A stretch of DNA of 64,000 nt from an uncultured Methanosarcinaceae archaeon (GCA_963847185.1 CAWJYV010000008.1:608001-672000); one strand, 5' to 3'; numbered from the stretch's first letter, positions 52,248-62,369 are shown. Numbers and translations: made by a program. Notes: generated by a model from the letters alone, not told the origin.

Positions 52248-52493
52248 ATGGAACCGATAAAAGATTGTATAATTGATTATTTGAAGGCTAATTCTTTTAT
52301 GGATAAGGACGCTCACGTCAGTGACGTTGACTCTCTTACTCAGAATGGCATTGTAGATTCTATTGGGCTGCTTGAACTTATGGATTATATCTGTGAAAAA
52401 TATTCTATCGAAATTCCAGAAGACATGCTAACTCCAGAGAATTTTGACACACTACAGGGAATTACCAATATGATAGGTAAACTGGCGAAGTGA
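52248..52493 (+). CDS. Acyl/peptidyl carrier protein
   Basis: 81-aa acidic protein with GIVDSIGLLEL (Ppant Ser) and IEIPEDMLTPENFDT. Confidence 0.92.
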   Translation: MEPIKDCIIDYLKANSFMDKDAHVSDVDSLTQNGIVDSIGLLELMDYICEKYSIEIPEDMLTPENFDTLQGITNMIGKLAK

Positions 52494-52509
52494 AACGAAG
52501 TGAAGAAAT

Positions 52510-53988
52510 ATGCGACTTGATGCGTATATTACTGAATACGCCAGAGAAACTCCTCAAAATATTGCCCTGGAAGAGGGCAAAAATTCAATTTCCTATAGCT
52601 GTCTTGATAAAGACATAAATATCATTGTTTCGCCCCTGATGAATTTTAAACAGTGCAGATTTGCAGTACTGGCAGAATCTGGCATACAGTATGTAAAATT
52701 ACTTATGGCAGTATATAGGTCAGAAAATATCGCAATACCTCTGCCGATAGAATTTCCTAAGTTCAGTCTTGAGCGAATACTTGATTCTGCATATGTCAAA
52801 AATATAATTACGACTGAGACGCAATACTCAAGGTTTGGGGAGATTTTTTTTGAGCGTTTTGGAACAGTGATCATTGTTTCGGGAGATGCTTCAGTAAAGG
52901 TTCTAAGAAATAAAATCGAAGTTGAAAATAATAACCCGGAACTGAGGCTGGTCCTGTACACGTCGGGTACAACAGGCACCCCAAAAGGGGTAATGTTGAG
53001 TGACAGAAACCTTGCAGTAAATGGAGAATCAATAATAAAAGTTATTGGAATCACTTCTAAAGATAAAGGGGCCCTGATAATATCCCCACATCATGCTTTC
53101 GGGAATTCTATAATCAATTCCCACCTGATGGCTGGAGGCTCTATCCGAATCGGAAACATGAATTTTATAGACTCGGTTTTCAATCTTATTGAGTCAAAAG
53201 TATCAATTTTCTACGGAGTGCCAAGCACCTATCGTATGCTTCTCAAGTATCCGGACAGATTCAAAAAAGCCTTTAGTAGTGTCAGGACCGCTGCTTCCGC
53301 AGGTGGAGGCATGGACAGGACAATTGTAAAGGAAATTCGGGGCCTGGTTCCTGGAATTGAGATTCTACCAATGTACGGGCAAACAGAAGCTACTGCAAGG
53401 CTTGCCTATGTGCCAGCAGAAGATGTTGATAAATTCTTAGACACAATAGGAAAAGCTATTCCTGGAGTTACTCTGGACGTTTTTGATTCTGAGTGCAGGC
53501 CAGTTGGGTCAAACATAACAGGGGAACTGGTCGCCAGAGGAGACAATATCCTGTTAGGCTACCTTGACGATGAAATCGCTACTAAAAAGAGGATCATAAA
53601 CGGCTGGCTTCATACAGGAGATCTCGCACAAAAGCTGCCAAATGGGTATATAAGGCTGCTGGGGCGCAAGGATGACCTTATAAAAATTGGGGACCATCGG
53701 GTGAATCCCAGAGAAATTGAGAGGCTCATTGAAGAGAATAATGATGTTTCCAAGGTTTTCGTTGTGCCTGTATCCCACGAACTTATGGGAACTGCAATCA
53801 GCCTTATGGTCATACCTGCAGAAAAGACAGAACTTGAGAGTCTATTTGCCTTCTGCAGGAAGAGCCTGCCAGCTTACCTGTGCCCGAGAGAAATACTGTT
53901 CATCGATCATCTTCCATTGAGCGAGAACGGGAAAATATCCAATCGATCCATAATAGAGGAATACAATCATGTCAAAGCTAGTGTGTAA
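52510..53988 (+). CDS. Stand-alone adenylate-forming (ANL) enzyme / acyl-ACP ligase
   Basis: YTSGTTGTPKG, MYGQTEA, LHTGDL, GRKDDLIK..HRVNPREIE and LPLSENGKI motifs. Confidence 0.92.
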   Translation: MRLDAYITEYARETPQNIALEEGKNSISYSCLDKDINIIVSPLMNFKQCRFAVLAESGIQYVKLLMAVYRSENIAIPLPIEFPKFSLERILDSAYVKNIITTETQYSRFGEIFFERFGTVIIVSGDASVKVLRNKIEVENNNPELRLVLYTSGTTGTPKGVMLSDRNLAVNGESIIKVIGITSKDKGALIISPHHAFGNSIINSHLMAGGSIRIGNMNFIDSVFNLIESKVSIFYGVPSTYRMLLKYPDRFKKAFSSVRTAASAGGGMDRTIVKEIRGLVPGIEILPMYGQTEATARLAYVPAEDVDKFLDTIGKAIPGVTLDVFDSECRPVGSNITGELVARGDNILLGYLDDEIATKKRIINGWLHTGDLAQKLPNGYIRLLGRKDDLIKIGDHRVNPREIERLIEENNDVSKVFVVPVSHELMGTAISLMVIPAEKTELESLFAFCRKSLPAYLCPREILFIDHLPLSENGKISNRSIIEEYNHVKASV

Positions 53989-55021
53989 AAAGTGTGTTCT
54001 GGATTCGGATATTCCAGGTATAACTTTTAATAAGGAAACAGGGCTATGCCATTTCTGTGAGACATATGCTCCCCTTTCTGTTCAGGAAAAAAATGAATAT
54101 CTGACAAAAATTGAGGAGCTTTTTAAGGAATACCGGGGGAAAGGTACCTATGATGTAATTTATGCCCTTTCCGGGGGGAAAGATTCTTCGTACACACTTT
54201 ACAAGCTCAAAAAAGACTATCCCTTCCTGAAGGTGCTGGCTGTCCAGTTTCAAAATGGATTCACCTCCGAAGGTGCGGTAAAAAATGCAAAAAAGATGTG
54301 TAAGATAACAGGCTCCGATTATTTTCAGCTGACTATGGAAAAGGAAATTCTTTATGAGACTTTCCGGAAGGCGGCAGAATCTTATGATGCATTTCCGAAG
54401 TTTGCTAAATACCGGGCGAGTGATATCTGCAATACCTGTATTACTATCATCAAACAGAAACTGATAGAACAGGCAATTGTTCACAAAGCACCTTTTATTG
54501 TATTTGCTTTTACAGGCGGACAGTCTCCAAACCCAATCATTAACCTTTCACCCAACTTTATACAGTGGTCCAGAAGCCTGTTTGAGAAACAGCTTGAAAA
54601 AATAGGTATTAACGATAAAGATGAACTCTTCCTCATCAAAAAAGAGATCGTTGAAAATATGGGGGACTCTGCCCTAAGTATTCTGCATCCTCTCTGTCTA
54701 TGGGAATACAGTGAAGATAAAGTAGTGGATACACTTTTGAAGATTGGATGGGAGCAGCCTAATATTAATGACAGTAATTCAACCAATTGTACCTTGAACG
54801 CTTTCGCATGCTATAACCACCTGGAAAAATACGGGTTCCATCCATACGCCTTTGATACGGCAGGACTTGTGCGAAGCGGGGAAATGTCCAGGGAAGAAGG
54901 GTTTGAAAAAATCAATCAGGAATTATCAAGACCATTAATAGAAGAAGCTGCAAAGAAGCTTAAAATGAATGTTAAGAGCTTGAATGTAAAAGACTCTCAT
55001 AAAATACTAACGACAATTTGA
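53969..55021 (+). CDS. Cys-rich N-type ATP pyrophosphatase (AANH; WbuX- or YcfA/CtaC-like)
   Basis: CKKC..CHFC N-terminus, SGGKDS PP-loop, CNTC, STNC and HPY..LVRSG.MSREE; overlaps the ANL gene by 20 nt. Confidence 0.8.
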   Translation: MSKLVCKKCVLDSDIPGITFNKETGLCHFCETYAPLSVQEKNEYLTKIEELFKEYRGKGTYDVIYALSGGKDSSYTLYKLKKDYPFLKVLAVQFQNGFTSEGAVKNAKKMCKITGSDYFQLTMEKEILYETFRKAAESYDAFPKFAKYRASDICNTCITIIKQKLIEQAIVHKAPFIVFAFTGGQSPNPIINLSPNFIQWSRSLFEKQLEKIGINDKDELFLIKKEIVENMGDSALSILHPLCLWEYSEDKVVDTLLKIGWEQPNINDSNSTNCTLNAFACYNHLEKYGFHPYAFDTAGLVRSGEMSREEGFEKINQELSRPLIEEAAKKLKMNVKSLNVKDSHKILTTI

Positions 55022-55096
55022 GCTGGAAGTACAGTTCACTAATTTAACAATAGACATTCGTATAAAAATCGTTCCAATAATTATGGGGGAAAAACT

Positions 55097-56089
55097 ATGC
55101 AGGTAGCAAAAGAAATGAACATAAACATAATGGAAGAGCTGACTAGAGACATTGGAAGTGTAGCTCTAAATCTAAGAAGTTTTATTAAAGACCAAATCGT
55201 AGGTTTTAAGAAAAAAGGAGCAGTGTTAGGAGTATCCGGCGGAATTGATTCGGCTGTAGCTCTTACCCTTTGCGTGCAGGAGTTGGGGAAGGAAAATGTT
55301 TACGGGATCCTGCTGCCTGAGAAAGAGTCGGCTCCTTCAAGCAAAGTTCTGGGTGCAGAAATTTGCGAAAGTCTTGGTGTAGAATATGAGGAAGTTCCTA
55401 TCTCTCCAATTCTTAAATCACTTAACATTTATAAGAAGAAAGATGACCTTATAAAAAGGGTCTGTCCGGAGTATAACCCCAGGATACATAAAACCTCGCT
55501 GGTTCTTCCTGATTTCCTTGAGCAGGGCCTTTTGAACGTTCCTTACATTCGATTGATGAAAGGTGATGAAACTGTTGGGAAGTACAGGTTGAAGGCAAAT
55601 GACTATCTGGAACTTATCGGGTTACAGGGTGTCAAGCAGAGGTCCAGAATGATGGTTCAGTATATGTATGCCGAACAGATGAACTATGTAGTTTGCGGCA
55701 CAACAAATAAAACCGAGCTGGTCCTGGGTCAGTTTGTGAAATACGGAGACGGAGGTGTAGATCTCGAACCCCTTGCTGATTGTTATAAGACACAGATCTA
55801 CGCTCTTGGTAGACATTTAAAAGTCAACGAAGAGATTATGAAGCGTCCTCCAAGTGCCGATACCTGGAGCCATTATACAACTGACCAGGAATTCTACTGG
55901 CGGATGCCTATAAATATTATGGATCAGTTGCTGTATTCATTTGAACATAAATTACCTTGTAGTGTAATTGAAAAGAATACAGGCCTCCCCAGAGACAAGA
56001 TAGAAAAAACTAGAAGGCACCTCGGAAGAATAAAGAGTACAACAGAATATATTAGGTCCACTCCTCCGGTTTATTATCTTGACAGATAA
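55097..56089 (+). CDS. nadE: NadE-like amide synthetase (divergent NH3-dependent NAD synthetase paralogue)
   Basis: GVSGGIDS, GTTNKTE, FVKYGDGG, YKTQIY and PPSAD motifs; large central insertion. Confidence 0.75.
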   Translation: MQVAKEMNINIMEELTRDIGSVALNLRSFIKDQIVGFKKKGAVLGVSGGIDSAVALTLCVQELGKENVYGILLPEKESAPSSKVLGAEICESLGVEYEEVPISPILKSLNIYKKKDDLIKRVCPEYNPRIHKTSLVLPDFLEQGLLNVPYIRLMKGDETVGKYRLKANDYLELIGLQGVKQRSRMMVQYMYAEQMNYVVCGTTNKTELVLGQFVKYGDGGVDLEPLADCYKTQIYALGRHLKVNEEIMKRPPSADTWSHYTTDQEFYWRMPINIMDQLLYSFEHKLPCSVIEKNTGLPRDKIEKTRRHLGRIKSTTEYIRSTPPVYYLDR

Positions 56090-56305
56090 GCTGTAGAAGA
56101 CGAATCTTGAAGGTGAAGTAATAAATCGTAGAGATTTACAGCTTTTCCTTCAAAAAATAACTTTTTTAAGCTAACATTCCGAGTTGAATCGGAGAAAAAA
56201 CGGTTTTAGATTATTTTTATACTTGTTTTGGAATGCAGAAAAGACAAAATTAATTTAACAAGATTGTATAATTAACAATACTGTACAAAATATTAAAGTG
56301 TGATT

Positions 56306-57439
56306 ATGAATACCAAGGTTTCTATTGTTCGCTGTAGCGATTATTCAAAAGCAAAAGATGCAATTAGAGAGTCGCTTAATTTGATAGGCGGCTTTGAGAA
56401 GATCATATCTCCTGGAAGCCGCGTACTGCTCAAACCCAATGTACTTGCCGCTCGGCCTCCAGAGGATGCTGTCACAACTCATCCGGCAGTAGTTTCTGCA
56501 ATGTGTGAACTGATTTTGGAGATTGGCGGAATTCCGGTTATAGGAGATGGGTCAGGAATTGTAGGGTCAGGATCTACAAACACTTCTAAAGCGTTTAAAA
56601 TATCGGGAATTGAAGATGTCGCGTCCAGTTGCGAGGTAGAATTAATCAACTTTGAGACCTCTGGTTATATTGAAGTCGATGTTCCCAATGCCAGGGAATT
56701 CCAGCGTCTGCACATAGCAAAAGCCGTACTCGAAGCAGATGTAATAATTTCACTTCCAAAGCTCAAGACCCATGAGCTCACACTCTACACGGGAGCTGTA
56801 AAAAATTTCTTTGGTACTATTCCTCAGAAAAACAGAAAACAGGCTCATTTCCTGGAAGACCGTGATCGCTTTGGAAATGCAGTTGTCGATATATACTCAA
56901 TCGTCAAACCTCATCTCGCAGTCATGGACGGGGTGCTTGGAATGGAGGGCAACGGCCCTTCAAACGGTGCGCCTGTTTTTGCAGGTGTGATCATGGCAAG
57001 CTATGACTGTGTATCCCTGGATATTGCGGCTTCCGAACTCATAGGATTTGACCCCTTGAAGGTCCCTACAAATAAAGCTGCTCTCTCAAGAGGGTTTGGA
57101 ACCGAACATCCCGAGATTGTAGGAGTACCACTGGACAGTTTAAAGGTCAAGTTTAAAGAGCCAGAAGGTGGAATTACTGCCCATGTGCCACATTTCCTTA
57201 TGAGGGTCCTCCGAAAGCAGTTAACTGTAAAACCTTTTATCAACACTTCAACCTGCGCCTTTTGTAAAGCCTGCGTTTTAAACTGTTCAGCACATGCTAT
57301 TGAGGAAGCGGGAAAAACACTTAAAATTAACCAAAAAAAATGTATCCAGTGCTATTGTTGTCGGGAACTTTGTCCCAATGATGCAGTAGAAATAAGGAAA
57401 TCCTTTATATTGAGACTTGTAACTAGAATTAAAAGCTAA
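56306..57439 (+). CDS. DUF362 protein with C-terminal 2x[4Fe-4S] ferredoxin domain
   Basis: LLKPN, TTHP, PKLKTH, GAVKN and GMEGNGP motifs; CAFCKAC...C and CIQCYCCRELCP. Confidence 0.88.
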   Translation: MNTKVSIVRCSDYSKAKDAIRESLNLIGGFEKIISPGSRVLLKPNVLAARPPEDAVTTHPAVVSAMCELILEIGGIPVIGDGSGIVGSGSTNTSKAFKISGIEDVASSCEVELINFETSGYIEVDVPNAREFQRLHIAKAVLEADVIISLPKLKTHELTLYTGAVKNFFGTIPQKNRKQAHFLEDRDRFGNAVVDIYSIVKPHLAVMDGVLGMEGNGPSNGAPVFAGVIMASYDCVSLDIAASELIGFDPLKVPTNKAALSRGFGTEHPEIVGVPLDSLKVKFKEPEGGITAHVPHFLMRVLRKQLTVKPFINTSTCAFCKACVLNCSAHAIEEAGKTLKINQKKCIQCYCCRELCPNDAVEIRKSFILRLVTRIKS

Positions 57440-57564
57440 AAAAAGATTTATTTTAAAAAAATGACATCCTAAAAACTTATTAATAAATCCGAAACTGTGG
57501 GAAGTTATTTATTCTTTAAAGAGTAATGGAAAGTTAGGAATTATATATAAAGGGGGGCACTGCC

Positions 57565-58098
57565 ATGAGTGAAGTAATATCTAACAGAGATAAAGTAACT
57601 TTTAATGAGGTAGCCGATCATTATCATAGTAACAAACTCCTTTTTGGACTAAAATATTTTAAGAACTGGGTTCTGGAAAGACTGGCTTCATGCGTTCCTG
57701 TTCCTACCTGGAGGGTAAAATTTCACAGAATGAGAGGAGTTAATCTCGGGAAGAATGTTTATGTAGGTTATGATGTTGTTTTTGATCGCATTCATCCTGA
57801 ATTAATTACGGTAGGAGATTATTCAGAAATTGGGGATAGATGCATCCTCTCTGCACATTCGAGAGGCAGTTTAACTACAAGACAGGCTTATCCGAGAAGT
57901 ATGGAACCTATCATAATTGGACGTGGAGTATCTGTTAATCCTGGATGCATAATTACTCAAGGGGTCGAGATAGGAGATAATTCCATAATAGGAATAGGAT
58001 CAGTAGTTACCCGTGATATTTCTCCAAATAGTCTTGCTCTTGGCTACCCTGCCAAAGTTGTTAAAAAACTTGAGGGTGTAGGCGAGCTTCAAACCTGA
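57565..58098 (+). CDS. Hexapeptide-repeat (left-handed beta-helix) acyltransferase
   Basis: GVNLGKNVYVG, LSAH, GVEIGDNSIIGIGSVVTRD and GYPAKVVK motifs. Confidence 0.88.
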   Translation: MSEVISNRDKVTFNEVADHYHSNKLLFGLKYFKNWVLERLASCVPVPTWRVKFHRMRGVNLGKNVYVGYDVVFDRIHPELITVGDYSEIGDRCILSAHSRGSLTTRQAYPRSMEPIIIGRGVSVNPGCIITQGVEIGDNSIIGIGSVVTRDISPNSLALGYPAKVVKKLEGVGELQT

Positions 58099-58358
58099 TT
58101 TTGATAATCCTATTATCTCTTATAAGGGGATTTATAATCTTTATTTCCCTTCTTTATTTTCCCTTCTTTATTTTTCCTTCAATTTTAAAGTCAAATTTTT
58201 TCTGATTTCAATGAGAGGAAATCTTGATCGTATATTTCTATTCTTAGCGTCTAATTCCTGATTCCTGAGCACTTGTTCAAAGAAAGACTAAGGAAAAAGA
58301 AGAATAATAGGATTGGAAAAACAGGAATAAGTCTAAAAAATGAGACAAAGAAAAGAGA

Positions 58359-58943
58359 TCATTTATCGGATTTGTATTTGAATTCGAAACCAAGCTTATT
58401 CAGAGCAAAAAGTGCCATCATTATCACAAAGAAAACAGCAAATACCGATACAAAAGACTTTAAGAGATAGAGCATGAGCCCATTTTCTTGAAAACCCGAA
58501 TCCATCAAAGAGGACAATTTTATTGTTCCATCGTATATCGGATATAAGTAATTAATACCGTTTTCACTAACGTCATCAAGTAAGAGATGAGTCAGGAAAG
58601 CCGCTTCTCCAAATAGACCCAAATATATTGCTTTGTCAAGTTTCCGGTATGCAAGATAACCCACAAGCGTTCCAAATATTATTGCAGAGGAACTAAATAA
58701 TAATGAATGCGTTGGGATCGGGCCAGCCCAGCAATGCCCTAAATTACCGTTTACGAATATATTATAAACGGCCATAATATCCGGAAATAGAGTGCATAAA
58801 CTGCCTATAAACAGAAGCAATAGGAGTGAGGGCATGTCCCTTAATGAGAGCTCCCCGCGAAAAAGAGATCTTATAACCGCATAGACAGCTACTGCGCTGA
58901 TGCAGAACACAAAGAATAAAACATGCGCAACTGGATAGGGCAT
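58359..58943 (-). CDS. Membrane metal-dependent hydrolase (YdjM-like)
   Basis: N-terminal H, PD, THS and THLLLD motifs in TM helices. Confidence 0.8.
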   Translation of the reverse strand: MPYPVAHVLFFVFCISAVAVYAVIRSLFRGELSLRDMPSLLLLLFIGSLCTLFPDIMAVYNIFVNGNLGHCWAGPIPTHSLLFSSSAIIFGTLVGYLAYRKLDKAIYLGLFGEAAFLTHLLLDDVSENGINYLYPIYDGTIKLSSLMDSGFQENGLMLYLLKSFVSVFAVFFVIMMALFALNKLGFEFKYKSDK

Positions 58944-59068
58944 AATAGGACACTTTTTTAATATATTTATTTGAATTAAAAGAGAAGATGTTTTGTAAGT
59001 ATATAATACTTATCACAAATATTGAAAGAGAATCCAATATTTATTACGATATTTAAAAAAGAATCTCC

Positions 59069-60130
59069 TTAGAGAGGGATTAATTCTACAACCAGTCCAT
59101 CTTCAAAGGGATGTCTTTCAACAATGAAAATCCTGGTCTCAGAATGCTGCAGCTCTTCTTTTAACTCATCTTTTAACTCTTCCAGTAACCACCAGGCGAT
59201 TTCAATTTTCCCATCCTTTATTTCAAACAGTTCTGAGGGAATTTCCATATTTTTCAGAATATCGTCTGCAAGTCCTATGTTTCCACCTTCAATGACCCCA
59301 TAGACAAGAGTCCCGTCTTCAGTGATTTCATCAAACTCTCTTGCAGTATTCTTTGCAATCCGCTGAAACCTTTTGCGGAGCTGGACTGCATCCTTATAGG
59401 TTGAGGAACAAAAGTGTATTTTTTTGCCTGCTGAAAAAGCGTTCTTAGCGTAGTTACAGGAACCTGAAGCTGCGCTTGATGTGTCTGATTCGAGGAAGAA
59501 GCCGTTTTTAAGAAGAGCTTTTGAATTATTATCCGAAAATTCCAGTTCATTCAGGTTAAGGAAAACTCCCATTTCTGCTGCAAAAGCTGCGACATTTTCC
59601 ACTCCTTCAAGAGACGGAATTTCAATTCCAGCTTCAATTCCAAGCTCTTTTGCAATTTGAATGGAACTTTTGTACGGACTGCTCTTTAGCCCTGTCCAGC
59701 TTTCCTGGGGTGGATGGAAACGAATTTCATCAAGGCCGGCATCGGCAAGTTTTTCTAGAGTCTGTCTCTCAGGAGCCAGAGAAGTGTAAAGATGGATGTG
59801 ATGTTCTTCTCCAAAAAATGATTTTAGAATTCTGATATAATGAAGAACTTTTTCTATTTTCAGAAGAGGCTCCCCGCCTGTAATCCCTGTCCCGAGTGCA
59901 TCCATAAGCTCAGCTTCTCTCAGCAAATCCTCATCGCCGTTTACGGCTCTTTCGTTTGCAAAAACAAGATCCTTTCCTCGCCTTTCATCAGAAAGTGGAC
60001 AGTAAAAGCAGCTTTTTGGGCAAAGGCCGGTTATAAAGAGCACCATTTTTGCTCCTTCCTGGCAGAGCCTGCAGCCTTCAGAAAGATAGCTGCAAAAAGA
60101 GCCGGTCTCATCTTGAGTGAACTTATCCAT
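59069..60130 (-). CDS. Radical SAM protein (conserved archaeal family)
   Basis: CPKSCFYC, ITGGEP, EIRFHP and LNELE motifs. Confidence 0.88.
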   Translation of the reverse strand: MDKFTQDETGSFCSYLSEGCRLCQEGAKMVLFITGLCPKSCFYCPLSDERRGKDLVFANERAVNGDEDLLREAELMDALGTGITGGEPLLKIEKVLHYIRILKSFFGEEHHIHLYTSLAPERQTLEKLADAGLDEIRFHPPQESWTGLKSSPYKSSIQIAKELGIEAGIEIPSLEGVENVAAFAAEMGVFLNLNELEFSDNNSKALLKNGFFLESDTSSAASGSCNYAKNAFSAGKKIHFCSSTYKDAVQLRKRFQRIAKNTAREFDEITEDGTLVYGVIEGGNIGLADDILKNMEIPSELFEIKDGKIEIAWWLLEELKDELKEELQHSETRIFIVERHPFEDGLVVELIPL

Positions 60131-60289
60131 ATCTGAATCTGCATATTCTGTTTTTATATATAAGGCTTTTTTAAAGCACCGTTTTTATAAGAGTAGTGGG
60201 GGATCTAAGTAAGGGTAAATAGCAATTGCTCGGCGAGAATTTTCCGGGCTTAGAAAGCAATATATCCGTAGAATTCCAAAGGTTAGCTA

Positions 60290-60475
60290 ATGTCAGAAAA
60301 AAATGGATACGTCGTGGTTTTCGGCTGCAAAAGGTGCGGAAAATGCAGGGATATCTGCCCTGTAGGCGCAATCTACGAGGAAAACGAGCTTGCAAAAGTC
60401 AACCCGAAAAAATGTACTCTATGCATGAAATGCATCGATGAGTGTACGAATAGATCAATTATCTATATGGAATAA
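60290..60475 (+). CDS. 2x[4Fe-4S] ferredoxin
   Basis: CKRCGKCRDICP and CTLCMKCIDEC motifs. Confidence 0.85.
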   Translation: MSEKNGYVVVFGCKRCGKCRDICPVGAIYEENELAKVNPKKCTLCMKCIDECTNRSIIYME

Positions 60476-60476
60476 A

Positions 60477-61232
60477 ATGAAACAAAGCTATTGGGATAAG
60501 GTGCATAAAGTGGAAAAAATTTCGGTTAAGGGAAAAATCATAGATATTACAATTCCTATTTCTCCTTTTATGCGAGTTTTCCCCGGAGACCCGAAACCCT
60601 CAATAAAGAAAATCTGTACTCTTGAAAAAGAAGGTTTCGCTCTATCCGATTTAAGACTGGGAAGCCACACCGGCACCCATGTTGATGCCCAATCTCATGT
60701 TTTAGACAATGGTCTGCCTGTTGACAAACTTGAACTTGAAAATCTAATGGGCATGGCACTTTTACTGGATTTTACATCAATTGCAGGTGCACTGACCGCT
60801 GACATCCTTGAAAAAGCCCTGCAGAATACAGGAGTCTCCGAAGATATCCCAATTCTTCTTCTGAAAACGGAAGGTACTTCCAGAGAGCTGAAAGGCATAG
60901 AAGATATTGATTTTCAGAGCATGAAATCAGAATTCCAGAATGAAGAATACGAGGAAGGAGAGACTTGCCCTGCATACCTTGATGAAAGTGCAGCATCATG
61001 GATTCTTAAGAAAGGGTTTAAAACCGTAGGAATAGACAGTTTTTCCATAGATAATTTACATTCCGAAAGCCTGCCGGTTCACCATTTGCTGCTTTCAAAC
61101 AACGTGAATATAGTGGAATGCCTTGAACTCAGTTCGGTAGAAGCGGGAATTTATTTCTTCCTGTGCTTGCCTCTGAAAATAGAAGGTTGTGACGGCGCGC
61201 CAGCAAGAGCTTTATTGATCTCTTATCCTTGA
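60477..61232 (+). CDS. Cyclase-family (kynurenine formamidase-like) metallohydrolase
   Basis: FPGDP, HTGTHVDA, VGID.FSID, HHLLL and GCDGAPARA motifs; start at 60477 or 60510 is uncertain. Confidence 0.85.
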   Translation: MKQSYWDKVHKVEKISVKGKIIDITIPISPFMRVFPGDPKPSIKKICTLEKEGFALSDLRLGSHTGTHVDAQSHVLDNGLPVDKLELENLMGMALLLDFTSIAGALTADILEKALQNTGVSEDIPILLLKTEGTSRELKGIEDIDFQSMKSEFQNEEYEEGETCPAYLDESAASWILKKGFKTVGIDSFSIDNLHSESLPVHHLLLSNNVNIVECLELSSVEAGIYFFLCLPLKIEGCDGAPARALLISYP

Positions 61233-61400
61233 CTTTTCTTATCTTTATTATATCGTTGACTTTTACTTTTTCTACTATCTTTATTTATATTTGTGACTTT
61301 TACCCTTTTGTGACTTTTACCCTTAATAGTACTTCAATTTTACATTTCTTGCCCTTTAACTTCGAAATTTATCCCCCGCATTATCTCTAACAATTATTTT

Positions 61401-62000
61401 TCAAAATTGAGACATAGTATATCTTATCCCGTCCTGAGTGACCATTTCAAACAGGAATTCTCCCGAAATAGGGGATTTTATTACCACTCCCCTTTCTTCA
61501 AGAGGCAAAACCTCTTCAGTGTTTTCCTGATTTCCAGCAGGAATCCATAATCCTTCTGAGTTGCTTTCTCCCTTTACGAAATAGACAGGCTGCCCTTCAA
61601 GAAATACCCTTTCTTTAACTCCATTCTTATACTGGTAAATTATTGTATTATTTTCCAGTAACCAATCGGAATCACTCAGGTTTCCGTTGCATTCGGGGTC
61701 CGGGTCAACTCCGAAACTTAGGTACCTGACTGAAGCAGGTAGAGAAAATTTGAGAATACACGTACTCCCTTCAGGACTGAATTCTTCAGCAGGATTTCGG
61801 GCATATCCTGCCTGGATTGAGCGGATTGAGAGAGCAGCAGTTTCGACCTGATCTTTAATTTCCGCATCCTCCAGAAGAGGAATTGCTGTACTCCAGCCCT
61901 GAGCCAATAAAATTAAGATTGCTGAAAGTAACCCCAGATATACGACGAGCTTGAGCGGGATCGTATCAGCTGCTACAGTATCAGAAAAGAACTGTTTCAT
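61401..62000 (-). CDS. Membrane-anchored, pilin-like exported protein
   Basis: Short charged N-terminus (MKQFFSDTVA) then a hydrophobic helix (IPLKLVVYLGLLSAILILLA). Confidence 0.6.
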   Translation of the reverse strand: MKQFFSDTVAADTIPLKLVVYLGLLSAILILLAQGWSTAIPLLEDAEIKDQVETAALSIRSIQAGYARNPAEEFSPEGSTCILKFSLPASVRYLSFGVDPDPECNGNLSDSDWLLENNTIIYQYKNGVKERVFLEGQPVYFVKGESNSEGLWIPAGNQENTEEVLPLEERGVVIKSPISGEFLFEMVTQDGIRYTMSQF

Positions 62001-62321
62001 ATACTAACTAAGAGACATACAGAATAAAAAATTTTACTTTTAATGAGCTCCAAAGAATTTGTTTCCAGTGAAAACAAACGACTTTTGAGAATTAAAAATT
62101 AAAAAGGAAAACTTGAAGGATAAGGAACAGACTAAAGATAAATGAGAGAAACTAAAGCAAATTAGATTAAAAATTAGATTAAAAATTAAAGAAGAACTCA
62201 AACAAAAAGCGGATAAGAAAAAAACTAAGGCTTAATAGTTGAGGCTAATATTAGGGCTTAATAGGATCTAAGCCTGGATTTGAACAAAGTCCAGATTAAG
62301 AGATAAAATAAGCTAGAAAAG

Positions 62322-62369
62322 AATGAGCTAAAAAAATGAGCTAAAAAAATGAGCTAAAAAAATGAGCTA
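62322..62369. repeat. 13-bp tandem repeat, about 4 copies
   Basis: tgagctaaaaaaa units starting at 62324, 62337, 62350 and 62363. Confidence 0.9.

Noticed and set aside
51261-53988. Fatty-acid synthase, PKS or modular NRPS
   Set aside because: No ketosynthase, reductase, condensation or thioesterase domains; only stand-alone carrier and ligase components
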